From Candidatus Eiseniibacteriota bacterium (lineage in GTDB: Bacteria > Eisenbacteria > RBG-16-71-46 > CAIMUX01 > VGJL01), in NCBI GenBank assembly GCA_963792585.1, contig CAWBWI010000004.1:64554-128553 (forward strand): a stretch of 64,000 nt of DNA. The letters run 5' to 3'. The notes beneath the pieces are model-generated. The model was given only the letters and a program-made list of their open reading frames with translations, had not been told where the DNA came from and ran no database searches. Shown here in pieces: positions 39,047 to 47,542 of this stretch (positions within the stretch are counted from its first letter, which is position 1; each line of letters opens with the position of its first letter). A program made the translations under genes and the position numbers.

Positions 39047-39142
39047 TGCTGGCAGGCCGGAGAGAGGAGAACGGCTTTGGTCTTGCCTGTCTTCCCGAGC
39101 CCTCGAGCCAATCCCGCCGGCAACGATGAGCGGGCGATCGAG

Positions 39143-39541
39143 CTAGTTCGCTGAAATGCCCCAGGACGACGGAATCGGCGCGAATCCCCCCAGCCGATCC
39201 ATGCGGTCCCGCGCGGGAAGCCGTTCGAATCCTCCCGCCAAACGTGAGACGAGTTCCAAACCCTCGATGGAAAGCGCGTAGCGCCAGATCGCGAGCACAT
39301 AGGGGCTGAAACCCGAACACTGAATCGTCACACCACGGTCCTGCAGGCGCCGCAACTGCGCCGCGATCTCCGAGAGTCCGCGAAAGTCGACGTGATTCAC
39401 GTTCTGCCAATCGATGGTCAGTTCTCGCGTATCGTGCGTGAGCTGTCCGAGTCGCGTCGCGAGGTCGTGGAGTTCGACGCGTCCGAGACGGCCCTCGGGG
39501 ATCTCGATCCGGTTGTTCACGGTCGTCTGTCTGCTTGCCAT
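39143..39541 (-). CDS. STAS-like (anti-sigma-antagonist/MlaB fold) protein inserted between mraZ and rsmH
   Basis: ORF 39143..39700 trimmed to the ATG at 39541, 9 nt after the mraZ stop. LTIDWQNVNHVDFRGLSEIAAQLRRLQDRGVTIQCSGFSPYVLAI follows the STAS beta-alpha pattern. The usual DSSG phospho-serine position reads DFRG. Confidence 0.55.
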   Translation of the reverse strand: MASRQTTVNNRIEIPEGRLGRVELHDLATRLGQLTHDTRELTIDWQNVNHVDFRGLSEIAAQLRRLQDRGVTIQCSGFSPYVLAIWRYALSIEGLELVSRLAGGFERLPARDRMDRLGGFAPIPSSWGISAN

Positions 39542-39549
39542 GGTGCGCC

Positions 39550-40053
39550 TCACTTCGTGTCGCGTCCGGATGCATTGCCATCCGTTCGATGCTCGGAAGA
39601 CTTCAGGTATTTGCTCGCGAGTTCTTCGTGCGACCCGAAGGCGATCTTGCAAGCGGCCATGTACTCGTCGAACCGCTTCGCGTCCCAGCACTCCACCCAC
39701 TCGCCGACGCCGTAGATGACGACGTCCGACTCGATACCCGCATGGGCGCGAAGGTCCTTGTTGAGCAGAATCCGGCCCTGGTTGTCAGGCACGACGACAT
39801 CCATGCCGTTGTATGCGCTGCGCTTGAAGTAGCGGGCCCCGCGATCCGCTTTGTACTCCTCGTGCGCGAGCTGGGGACGGAACTCGTTCCAGGTGGTGGG
39901 GGGAAGGAGCGCGACGCAGCCGTCAAACCACTTCATCGCCATCAGGGAGGACGACTCTTCTTGAGCGAGGATCTCACGCAGCTTTGCCGGAAGGCTGATG
40001 CGCCCTTGGGCGTCTGCCGTGTACCGGTACTCACCGACGTAGGCTGGAGTCAC
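39550..40053 (-). CDS. mraZ: transcriptional regulator MraZ
   Basis: Two SpoVT/AbrB-like halves (YVGEYRYTADAQGRISLPAKLR and PDNQGRILLNKDLR). The track ORF starts at a TTG at 40077, but that codon lies inside the operator repeats, so the GTG at 40053 is preferred. Confidence 0.88.
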   Translation of the reverse strand: MTPAYVGEYRYTADAQGRISLPAKLREILAQEESSSLMAMKWFDGCVALLPPTTWNEFRPQLAHEEYKADRGARYFKRSAYNGMDVVVPDNQGRILLNKDLRAHAGIESDVVIYGVGEWVECWDAKRFDEYMAACKIAFGSHEELASKYLKSSEHRTDGNASGRDTK

Positions 40054-40071
40054 GAGCCCCCCGACTCTTGG

Positions 40072-40096
40072 TTCCAACAGTCCCCAAATTGCCCCA
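40072..40096 (-). promoter_or_regulatory. candidate MraZ operator: TGGGG-N5-TGGGG-N5-TGGAA direct repeats
   Basis: The minus strand reads GGTC TGGGG CAATT TGGGG ACTGT TGGAA C. The 10-bp periodicity matches the TGGGN-N5 repeat architecture described for E. coli MraZ. It lies between the putative -10 and the mraZ start. Confidence 0.55.
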
Positions 40097-40126
40097 GACC
40101 AGAACTATGGATTCCTGGTGAAAGAG

Positions 40127-40156
40127 ACTGTATCCCTATTCAACCCAGTCTGTCAA
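40127..40156 (-). promoter_or_regulatory. candidate dcw promoter (Pmra-like) TTGACA-N18-TACAGT
   Basis: On the minus strand, TTGACA is the revcomp of 40151-40156 and TACAGT is the revcomp of 40127-40132. It is the only AT-richer stretch upstream of mraZ. Confidence 0.5.
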
Positions 40157-40247
40157 CGACAAGATGAGCAGGCTTCTTGAGGACTTTCATCAATGGGCGG
40201 AGAGCACGGCGGGAGTTCCGAGGGAAGAGGAGGGGCCGGGAGGGGGG

Positions 40248-41540
40248 TTACCGGGCCGGATGGGGAAGCGCGTCGAGCAGGGCGGCAAGACGCGCCGTGA
40301 GCGCCCTGCGCTCGAAGCGCCGGACCTCATCGGGGTCCGCGACCAAGCCGGCGGGCGCGGCGCTGCGGGAGGCCTCGTACAGCGTCTCCAGGTGGGACGC
40401 GCCGGCGGCGGGGTCCCCGGGCAGGGCGCACAGACCCGCGTGTAGCGACTCCACCAGGTCGGAGGCCGCCCCTCTCGGAACGAGCGCAAGGATCGGGCGG
40501 CGCGCCCGCAACATCTCCAGTGTCTTTCCGGGGAGGACCAAGGCACCCCGCTCACTGTCCTGTTCGAGAAGGAGCAGGACCCGGGCCCGAAACAGCCGTA
40601 GGATCGCATCCCCGTGCGGCAGGGCGTCCTCGAAGCGAACGATCTCCCCCAGACCGCGCGCGGCGACCTCCGCCTCGTCCTCGCGGTAACGGGGTCCGAT
40701 GAAGTCCGCTCGAACCCGCTCCCGAGCTTCCGGCCGGCTCTGGAAGAAGGCCTCGAGGCAGTCGAGGAAGGGCGTGATGCGTCGCTCCGGGTTGAGCTGT
40801 CCGAGATGGAGGATTCGGAACAACGAATCCGGACGGGGTTCTTCCCGGGGGAAGTCCTCTTCGTCGTATCCGTTCTCGATCACGACGAATCGTTCTGGGT
40901 TGACGCCCGGGTACCGCCCGAGGAAGTCCCTTCGCGTCGCCTCCGACGTCAGGACGATCCGCGTTGCGGCGCGCACGACCCGTGCTTCCAGCGATTCGTG
41001 CAGCCGTCGATGCAGAGGCGTGGGCGGTCGGCAGCTCATCCTCCGCACCCAGGGATCTCGAAAATCGGCCACCCACGGCACGTGCCGCAGTGCCGGATCG
41101 AGGCCCACCAGGTGGGCGCTGTCCGGCGAGGACGTCGTCAGCAGGACCCCTCCGCCGCGCAGGACTCGGGCCGCCGCGCGGGTCGCGAACGGCGCCCATC
41201 CCGCGTACGCGTCCGGAATGCTCACCCAGCCGGCGATGCGGCGCAGGAGCTGCTGGGAGCCACCGGATCGTTGCGCGTTCGTCTTCTCGATTCGCCTACG
41301 CCCGCCCAGGCGACCGAGCAAGGCCGGGCCGGTGAGGGCGCGTGTGCGTACGATCTCGACCGACGGGGGAATCTCCGCCAGGAGGGTCGGGTCCTCCATC
41401 CAGTAGTGGGAAGCGCGGACGGTGATCACCGTGGGACTCCACCCGTGCTCCGGGAGATAGCGGACGAACTTGACGGTCCTCTGGACGCCGGCGCCCCCGG
41501 TAGGCGGAAAGAAGTAGGCGACGTACGCCAGCCGCTTCAC
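40248..41540 (-). CDS. glycosyltransferase (GT-B, GT4-like)
   Basis: 430 aa. N-terminal YFFPPTGGAGVQR motif, with a C-terminal half carrying an E..E-type GT4 pattern. NTGA overlap with the upstream propeller gene. Confidence 0.7.
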   Translation of the reverse strand: MKRLAYVAYFFPPTGGAGVQRTVKFVRYLPEHGWSPTVITVRASHYWMEDPTLLAEIPPSVEIVRTRALTGPALLGRLGGRRRIEKTNAQRSGGSQQLLRRIAGWVSIPDAYAGWAPFATRAAARVLRGGGVLLTTSSPDSAHLVGLDPALRHVPWVADFRDPWVRRMSCRPPTPLHRRLHESLEARVVRAATRIVLTSEATRRDFLGRYPGVNPERFVVIENGYDEEDFPREEPRPDSLFRILHLGQLNPERRITPFLDCLEAFFQSRPEARERVRADFIGPRYREDEAEVAARGLGEIVRFEDALPHGDAILRLFRARVLLLLEQDSERGALVLPGKTLEMLRARRPILALVPRGAASDLVESLHAGLCALPGDPAAGASHLETLYEASRSAAPAGLVADPDEVRRFERRALTARLAALLDALPHPAR

Positions 41541-43738
41541 GGCCCGCAGGGTCCCTCCCCGACGCCCACGCCGACCACCCTCGACCCCTCCGGCGTCGCG
41601 AGTCGGATCCAGTAGAGCCCGGGTGGGACTGCCCGTCCGCCCGAGTCACGGCCATCCCAGATGGGAATGCCGCTGGGAATCCGCTCGAAACGGCGGGTGA
41701 CCTTCCCGCTCAAGTCGACGACCACGCCGTCGGCCGCGCCCGAGAAGCCGAGAACCCGGACCCCGTCGACACATCCGGGGATGAATGGATTCGGATAGGC
41801 CGCGAGCTTCCCGGACGCGATCGTGTCCTCGGGGGGAATCAGCCGCGCAAGGCCGCGGGAAGTGCCGCACCAGACGGAGCGGCCGTCGGGATCGAGGGCC
41901 AAGGTCTCGACGTTCGGATCCGGAAGGTCCGGCGGGCCGTAGGTGACGAACTGGAAGCCGGTCCCTTCGGGCGTCATCCGAGTGATCCCCCCCTGCGTCG
42001 TCGCGATCCAGGCTCCGCCGTCGAGGAGCGGCAGCACAGCATTGACCTGCGGAGACGGGAATCGCTCCGGTCCCGGCCCGATGCTCGTCACGCGCGTCGG
42101 ATCGATGATGGAGATGCCTGCGGTGGTGCCGATCCACACCTTCTCGCTGCGGATCGCGATCTGCGTAATCGCATCCGAGATCAACCGCGATCCGGTGGTC
42201 GAAGTGTTGTAGATCCGCCAGGTGTCGTCGGCGCTCATCGGAATCCCATCCGGACCGAGGTTCCAGCGGTGGACCCCCATGTCGGAATACCCGATCGTGA
42301 CGATCCCGTCGCCGACTCCGACCGCGCGTACCCGGTTCGATAGCATTCGGGAACCGGCCGTGTCGGTGCGGAAGTTCGTCCACGCGCCGGTCGTCGCATC
42401 CCGCCTCCAAACCCCGTAGGCGTACTGAACCTGATCGTTCGCCTGATCGGACGCGCACCAGAGATTCCCTTCCTCGTCGAGGCAGAGGCTGCGAAGATTC
42501 CGCGGAGCCTCCTCGGAGAAGAGCCCGTCCTCCAGCACATGCAGAGTGCAACCCGTCTCACGACAGCAGCACTGTCCGAACCAGAGTCTTCCATCGCGGT
42601 CGAACTGGAGGTCGAAGGTCCAATCGGTCAGCGCCTTCGGCGCGCTCCAGGTCACTCCGTCGAAGGTCTGATAGGTCGGCTGCTGCCCGCGCTGGGCCGT
42701 GGTGGTATGGAGAACGCCGCCGGTGTCGAACGCGAGGGCGAGGTAGTGGGATCGAATGCTCGGCCCAGGGAAGGAGGTCCGCCGCCAGGTATCTCCATCC
42801 AGCTTCCAGACGCCGTCCGCTCGCTCCGTGGCGTCGCGGGCGCCGGCCCACAGGGTGCCGTCCTCGGCACGCGCGATCGAGGATGCCGCGAAACTGGCTC
42901 CGGCCAGCTTCTGCCACTCCCCGGCTCCGCCCCATCGCCAGACGCCGCCGTGGCCGGCGGCGATCAGAACGTCTCCCTCGCTCCAAAGATCCACGATCGC
43001 CGCATCGGTCGGTAGGCCGGGAGCGAGGCTGACCCAACTGCCCGAGCGCAGGACGAGCACGTTGAAGGTGAACGCCCCGACCCACTCCCCGGCGTGCCGC
43101 ACGATCCGCGTCACCGAAGGATTCGTGGGGCCTTCCGCGAAGGTGGTCCACTCGCCCGAGGGACTCCTGCGCGCCGCGCCGGCCGGCGTCGCGATCCAGA
43201 GTCCGTCCGGGCCGGTCGCGAGATCACGAACATCGAAGGAGGGCAGTCCGCAGAGGTCGACCCCCTGCTGGCACACCAGCCGCTGTTCACCCCCCACGAA
43301 GACCGCCATGCCCCGCGCCGTGCCCACCAGCAAGGAATCCCCCGCGAAGCGGACCCGTTGGATCCGATCATCCGGGATTGGATACAGGAGGCTCGTGAAA
43401 GGCTGCCACGTCTCGTCGTTCGGATCGAAGATCGCGATCCCCGCCTTCTCCGTCCCGAACCAGAGTCGGCCGTCGGGCGCCACCGCGACGCCGGAGAGCG
43501 AATCGCTCAGAAGGCCGTCTCGCTCGCGATGGAAGGTACGCGTATCCCCGTCCGCAGGATCGAAGGAGACGGCGCCGCCTCCCGTTGCGATCCAGAGCCG
43601 GCCCCCCGCCGACGCGACGCCCCGGACGTCGTTCGTGTTGAGAAAGACGTTCCAGATCGGGCTCCCCTCCTGCGCGCGGGCGCCCGCAACAGGGAACAGA
43701 ATCATGCAGCCGCAGATCAGCCTGAATAAGTGTCTCAC
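41537..43738 (-). CDS. secreted multi-blade beta-propeller protein with a FlgD-Ig/T9SS-type C-terminal domain
   Basis: The 941-aa track ORF is trimmed to the GTG at 43738 (AAGGGGGA upstream, GTGA overlap). Signal peptide VRHLFRLICGCMILFPVAGARAQ, many W/G-rich repeats (GLWIAT, GRLWFGT, TLWAGA, VWIGTT), and a C-terminal AYPNPF...GLYWIRL sorting-type domain. Confidence 0.75.
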   Translation of the reverse strand: MRHLFRLICGCMILFPVAGARAQEGSPIWNVFLNTNDVRGVASAGGRLWIATGGGAVSFDPADGDTRTFHRERDGLLSDSLSGVAVAPDGRLWFGTEKAGIAIFDPNDETWQPFTSLLYPIPDDRIQRVRFAGDSLLVGTARGMAVFVGGEQRLVCQQGVDLCGLPSFDVRDLATGPDGLWIATPAGAARRSPSGEWTTFAEGPTNPSVTRIVRHAGEWVGAFTFNVLVLRSGSWVSLAPGLPTDAAIVDLWSEGDVLIAAGHGGVWRWGGAGEWQKLAGASFAASSIARAEDGTLWAGARDATERADGVWKLDGDTWRRTSFPGPSIRSHYLALAFDTGGVLHTTTAQRGQQPTYQTFDGVTWSAPKALTDWTFDLQFDRDGRLWFGQCCCRETGCTLHVLEDGLFSEEAPRNLRSLCLDEEGNLWCASDQANDQVQYAYGVWRRDATTGAWTNFRTDTAGSRMLSNRVRAVGVGDGIVTIGYSDMGVHRWNLGPDGIPMSADDTWRIYNTSTTGSRLISDAITQIAIRSEKVWIGTTAGISIIDPTRVTSIGPGPERFPSPQVNAVLPLLDGGAWIATTQGGITRMTPEGTGFQFVTYGPPDLPDPNVETLALDPDGRSVWCGTSRGLARLIPPEDTIASGKLAAYPNPFIPGCVDGVRVLGFSGAADGVVVDLSGKVTRRFERIPSGIPIWDGRDSGGRAVPPGLYWIRLATPEGSRVVGVGVGEGPCGP

Positions 43739-45837
43739 CGGTCCCCCTTGCGATGCTTGATGCGCTCCAGGAGCAGATTCAGGTCCAAGGCCAAGCTCCA
43801 GCGCGCGACGTACTCCTGGTTTGCCGCACACACGGCCGGGACCGGTTGTCCCGGTGGGTTCGCGAGCGTGACCCAACCCGGCGCCGCATCCGGCGCGAAT
43901 CGACGATATGACTCGGGTAGCTCCGGCCATAGATCCGCGTCGAAGGGATGGATTCCGACGACGCTCCACTCGCCCGTCAGCCACCGAAGAAGCACGGGAT
44001 AGTCGCGGAGCGGCGCAAGTCCGCGGATCGGCAGATGAAGGAGCCGGAGGCGCCTGCCGCGCCGGCCGATCACCTCCCGCGCGACCAAAGGCTTGCCGGC
44101 GGCCGCGCAGATCAGCCGCGCGATCAGGTAGGGAACGAGGAGAAGCAGGATCGAGACGGCGGCGGCCGCCGCATCGATCAACCGCTTCTCCCAGGAACGG
44201 GCCGTGGGACTCGAGCCCGCGACCTGCAACGCAGGGAATCCGAGGAAGTCCCCCATCCGGGCGCCCCCGTGGAGGGCCGCGCGCGTGCGGGGCACCAGGC
44301 GAACGGCGATCCCCTCCGCCGCCAGCCGCGCGACGAGCGCATCGATCGAGCCGCCCGGCCAATCCTCGAAGAGCACCACCTCGGCGATCCGCTCATCCTG
44401 CACCCAGAGGACGACGGCATCCTCGATCGCGCCGGGTGTCGCGCCCCGCGGGCGTTCGAGCACCGCGGCCTGCGAGGTCAGCGGCAGGACATCGAGCCCA
44501 AGATCGGCGTGCCGGCCCTGACGGCGGAGGATTTCGGCCGCGTCCGCCTCGGGGGCGAGCAGTCCGATTCGCCGCAGGTGGAGCCGGCGCGATCGAATGC
44601 TGCCCTGGATCCGGAAGATCCCCCACCGGAAGGAGAGAATCAGCAGCAGCGCCAACGGCAAGAACGCGCCGACCACGGCGCGCGAATAGACCGGCGTCGA
44701 GAAGAGGAATGTGGAGGCCATCATGATCAGGGCCGTGGCGAGCAACGCCCGCGCTGCGCCCAGGACCTGTTCCCCCGCCTCTTCAGATCGACGACTCCTG
44801 TACATCCCGGCGAGCGCGAGCGACAGGAGGGCGACCGCGTCGCTGAAGATCAGGAAGCGCGCGTACCGGCCGAACCCGAACGTCGGCTTCGTCAGGATCC
44901 CTGCGGTCAGCTCCCGCGCGACATAGGCGAGAGCAAACGCAAGGTTGACCGCCAGGAAGTCGGATAGGACCAGTGCGATCCGACGGATGGCGGAGGAGCG
45001 TCGCTTGAACCAGTAGAGGACGAAACTCCACTTCTCGTAGTAGCGGAAGGTCGAGGCGAGGTGGAGCCACAGGCCGCGCCCCGGCTTCCGAGCGCTTTCC
45101 CGCGCGTAGCGATGGAGCATCGTCGCCGCCGGATGGTAGACGACCTTCCATCCTCGGGCCTGCATCCGGTAGCACCAGTCGACATCCTCGAAGTAGAGGA
45201 AGAACCGCTCGTCCATGGGGCCGACGTCCTCGACGGCGCGCCGCCTCGCCAGGAGGCTCGCCCCGATGCACCAGTCGACCGTCCGTGTGTGAGCGTGATC
45301 GAAGTCGAGCATCAGGTGCTCGCGAAGCAGACGATGATTCGGGAAGAGCCTGCCGATGAACGTACGCCGCAGCAGGAAGACCGGCAGGGTATAGAAGGTG
45401 CGACACGAATCCTGGAGGGTTCCGTCGGGATAGACCAGCTTGGGCGCGACGAGCCCGGCTGCGGGGTCGCGCTCCGCCTCGGCGATCAACTCCTCGACGC
45501 TCCCCGGGGCGATCTCCACGTCTGGGTTCAGGACGAGGAAGAACGCGCCGCGCCCCTGCGCGATCCCCTGGTTCACGGCCCGTCCGAATCCGATGTTGCT
45601 CTCATTCTTCTGATACCGCACCCCGGATCGACCGTGGGCGATCCGCTCCGCAGCGTCGTCGAGGGGCGCATTGTCGACGACGATCACCTCCCACGGGACG
45701 GAGATCCGCGCCTGCGCGATCTTCTCGAGGCAGACCTCGAGCACGTCGGGCGTACGGAAGTGGACGATGACGAGGGAGACGCGGGGCGTTTCGAGCCCCA
45801 CACCGGCGAGGGGACCCCGATCGAGGGAGGCGTTCAT
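43735..45837 (-). CDS. fusion protein: GT2 glycosyltransferase + multi-TM polyprenyl-phosphate glycosylphosphotransferase (WbaP-like) module
   Basis: Trimmed to the ATG at 45837 (ATGA overlap). N-terminus VSLVIVHFRT..VVDNAPLDD..LNPDV..FFLYFEDVDWC (GT2), then ~5 TM helices and a linker, then a C-terminal bacterial sugar-transferase-like fold (KRLIDAAAAAVSILLL...EWSVVG...EYVARWSLALDLNLL). Confidence 0.75.
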   Translation of the reverse strand: MNASLDRGPLAGVGLETPRVSLVIVHFRTPDVLEVCLEKIAQARISVPWEVIVVDNAPLDDAAERIAHGRSGVRYQKNESNIGFGRAVNQGIAQGRGAFFLVLNPDVEIAPGSVEELIAEAERDPAAGLVAPKLVYPDGTLQDSCRTFYTLPVFLLRRTFIGRLFPNHRLLREHLMLDFDHAHTRTVDWCIGASLLARRRAVEDVGPMDERFFLYFEDVDWCYRMQARGWKVVYHPAATMLHRYARESARKPGRGLWLHLASTFRYYEKWSFVLYWFKRRSSAIRRIALVLSDFLAVNLAFALAYVARELTAGILTKPTFGFGRYARFLIFSDAVALLSLALAGMYRSRRSEEAGEQVLGAARALLATALIMMASTFLFSTPVYSRAVVGAFLPLALLLILSFRWGIFRIQGSIRSRRLHLRRIGLLAPEADAAEILRRQGRHADLGLDVLPLTSQAAVLERPRGATPGAIEDAVVLWVQDERIAEVVLFEDWPGGSIDALVARLAAEGIAVRLVPRTRAALHGGARMGDFLGFPALQVAGSSPTARSWEKRLIDAAAAAVSILLLLVPYLIARLICAAAGKPLVAREVIGRRGRRLRLLHLPIRGLAPLRDYPVLLRWLTGEWSVVGIHPFDADLWPELPESYRRFAPDAAPGWVTLANPPGQPVPAVCAANQEYVARWSLALDLNLLLERIKHRKGDR

Positions 45838-46594
45838 CGGGCGGCACCGGCGGCGTGGTGCCGGCGTCGCGGACCGAAGAGCCGCAGGAAGAAGAGACGC
45901 CAGAGGACAAAGACCGCCTCGAGGATGATCTTGCGGTTCATCTTGCTGATCCCGGCGCGCCGGTCGACGAAGGTGATCGGAATCTCGCGGATCCGGAAGC
46001 CGTTGCCGCCAGGCATAGAAGCTCATCTCGATCTGGAACGAGTAGCCGTCACTGTGGATCCGAGTCGAGGTCGATCGACTCGAGCACCTCGCGACGAAAG
46101 CACTTGTACCCGCCGGTCGCGTCCTTCACCGGAAGTCCCGTCATGATCCGGGAGAGCACGTTGGCGGTGTAGGAAAGCACGAGGCGCCGCAGCGGCCAGT
46201 TGACGACGGTCACGCCGTTCAGATACCGGCTGCCGAGCACGAGGTCCGCCGTGCGCGTCGCCTCGAGGAAGCGCGGGATCTCGCTCGGGTCGTGAGAGAA
46301 GTCGGCGTCCATCTCGAAGATCAGGTCGGCCCCGTCGGCCAGCGCGCGGTGGAAACCGTCCCGATAGGCGCTTCCCAGCCCCATCTTCGCGGGTCGGCGC
46401 AGGCAGTGGACCCGGGGGATATCGCGGTTCATCCCCTCGACCCATGCGCCCGTTCCGTCGGGCGAGTTGTCGTCCACGACGAGGACCTCGATGTTCGGCC
46501 CCAACGCGAGCAGCTTCGGCACCAGCGAGCGCACGTTGTCCAGCTCGTCGTAGGTCGGGATGATGATCACCACCCTGGGAAGGCCGTCCTGCAT
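45834..46594 (-). pseudogene. Dpm1-like polyprenol-phosphate mannosyl/glycosyl transferase (GT2), two +1 frameshifts ~50 nt apart
   Basis: VVIIIPTYDELDN..VVDDNSPDGT..EMDADFSHDP..GGYKCFRREVLE is in ORF 46049..46594. DGYSFQIEMSFYAWR is in a second frame. GFRIREIPITFVDRRAGISKMN is in ORF 45834..46016. The switches are near 46052 and 46003. Confidence 0.8.
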
Positions 46595-46604
46595 CGGTCA
46601 GCCC

Positions 46605-47542
46605 CTAGGGCTTCGCCCCCGAATCACGGAACCACTCGACCGTCATTCGCAGGGCGTCGTGCACGTCCACCTTCGGCTCCCAGCCCAACCGCTCCAGGGC
46701 GATCGTGATGTCGGGCTGGCGCACCTTCGGATCGTCCTCGGGGAGGGGCGCGAATATGATCGGGCTCTTGCTCCCGGTGATCCGCTTGAATCTCCTCGGC
46801 CATCTCGAGGACCGTCATCTCCTGCGGATTGCCGATGTTGACCGGCTCGTTCGTGTCGGAGTGCATCAGGAGGTCGATGCCCCGCACGAGGTCGGTGATG
46901 TAGCCGAAAGAGCGGGTCTGCGACCCGTCGCCGAAGACGGTGAGCGGCTCGTTCCGGAACGCCTGCATGATGAAGGTCGGGACGGCGCGACCGTCGTCGC
47001 GGCGCATCCGGGGACCGAAGGTATTGAAGATCCGCACGATCTTCGTGTCCGTCCCATGGTAGCGGCGGTAGGCCATCGTCAGAGCCTCGGCGTAGCGCTT
47101 CGCCTCGTCGTAGACGCCCCGAAACCCGATCGGGTTCACGTTGCCCCAGTACGACTCGGGCTGCGGGTGGATCAGGGGATCGCCGTAGACCTCGGAGGTG
47201 GAGGCGAGCAGGAAGCGCGCCCCCTTCGCGCGGGCGAGACCCAGAGCGCGGTGCGTGCCGATCGCGCCGACCTTCAGGGTGTGGATCGGCAGGCGGAGGT
47301 AGTCGATCGGACTCGCGGGGCTCGCGAAGTGCAGAACGAAATCGAGTGGGCCGTCGACGTAGATGTAGTTCGTGACGTCGTACTCGATGAACTCGAAGCG
47401 CGGGCTGCGGATGTGGGCGATGTTGGTCACGCTTCCCGGTCAGCAGGTTGTCCATGCAGATCACCTCCATCCCCTTGTCGAGAAGGTGATCGCACAGGTG
47501 CGACCCGATGAACCCCGCTCCGCCGGTGATCAGTACCCTCAT
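46605..47542 (-). pseudogene. UDP-glucuronate decarboxylase (UDP-xylose synthase family SDR), two +1 frameshifts
   Basis: [18 protein letters not shown].. (ORF ending 47542), NIAHI...[10 protein letters not shown]...[16 protein letters not shown] (ORF 46624..47430), and [36 protein letters not shown] in a third frame ending at the TAG at 46605. The switches are near 47425 and 46789. Confidence 0.82.

Noticed and set aside
39215-39240. GTTCGAATCC, a T-loop-like string suggesting a tRNA.
   Set aside because: The flanking bases cannot form the 5-bp T stem (AGCCG versus CCTCC), and no acceptor or anticodon arms are present. It lies inside the STAS-like CDS.
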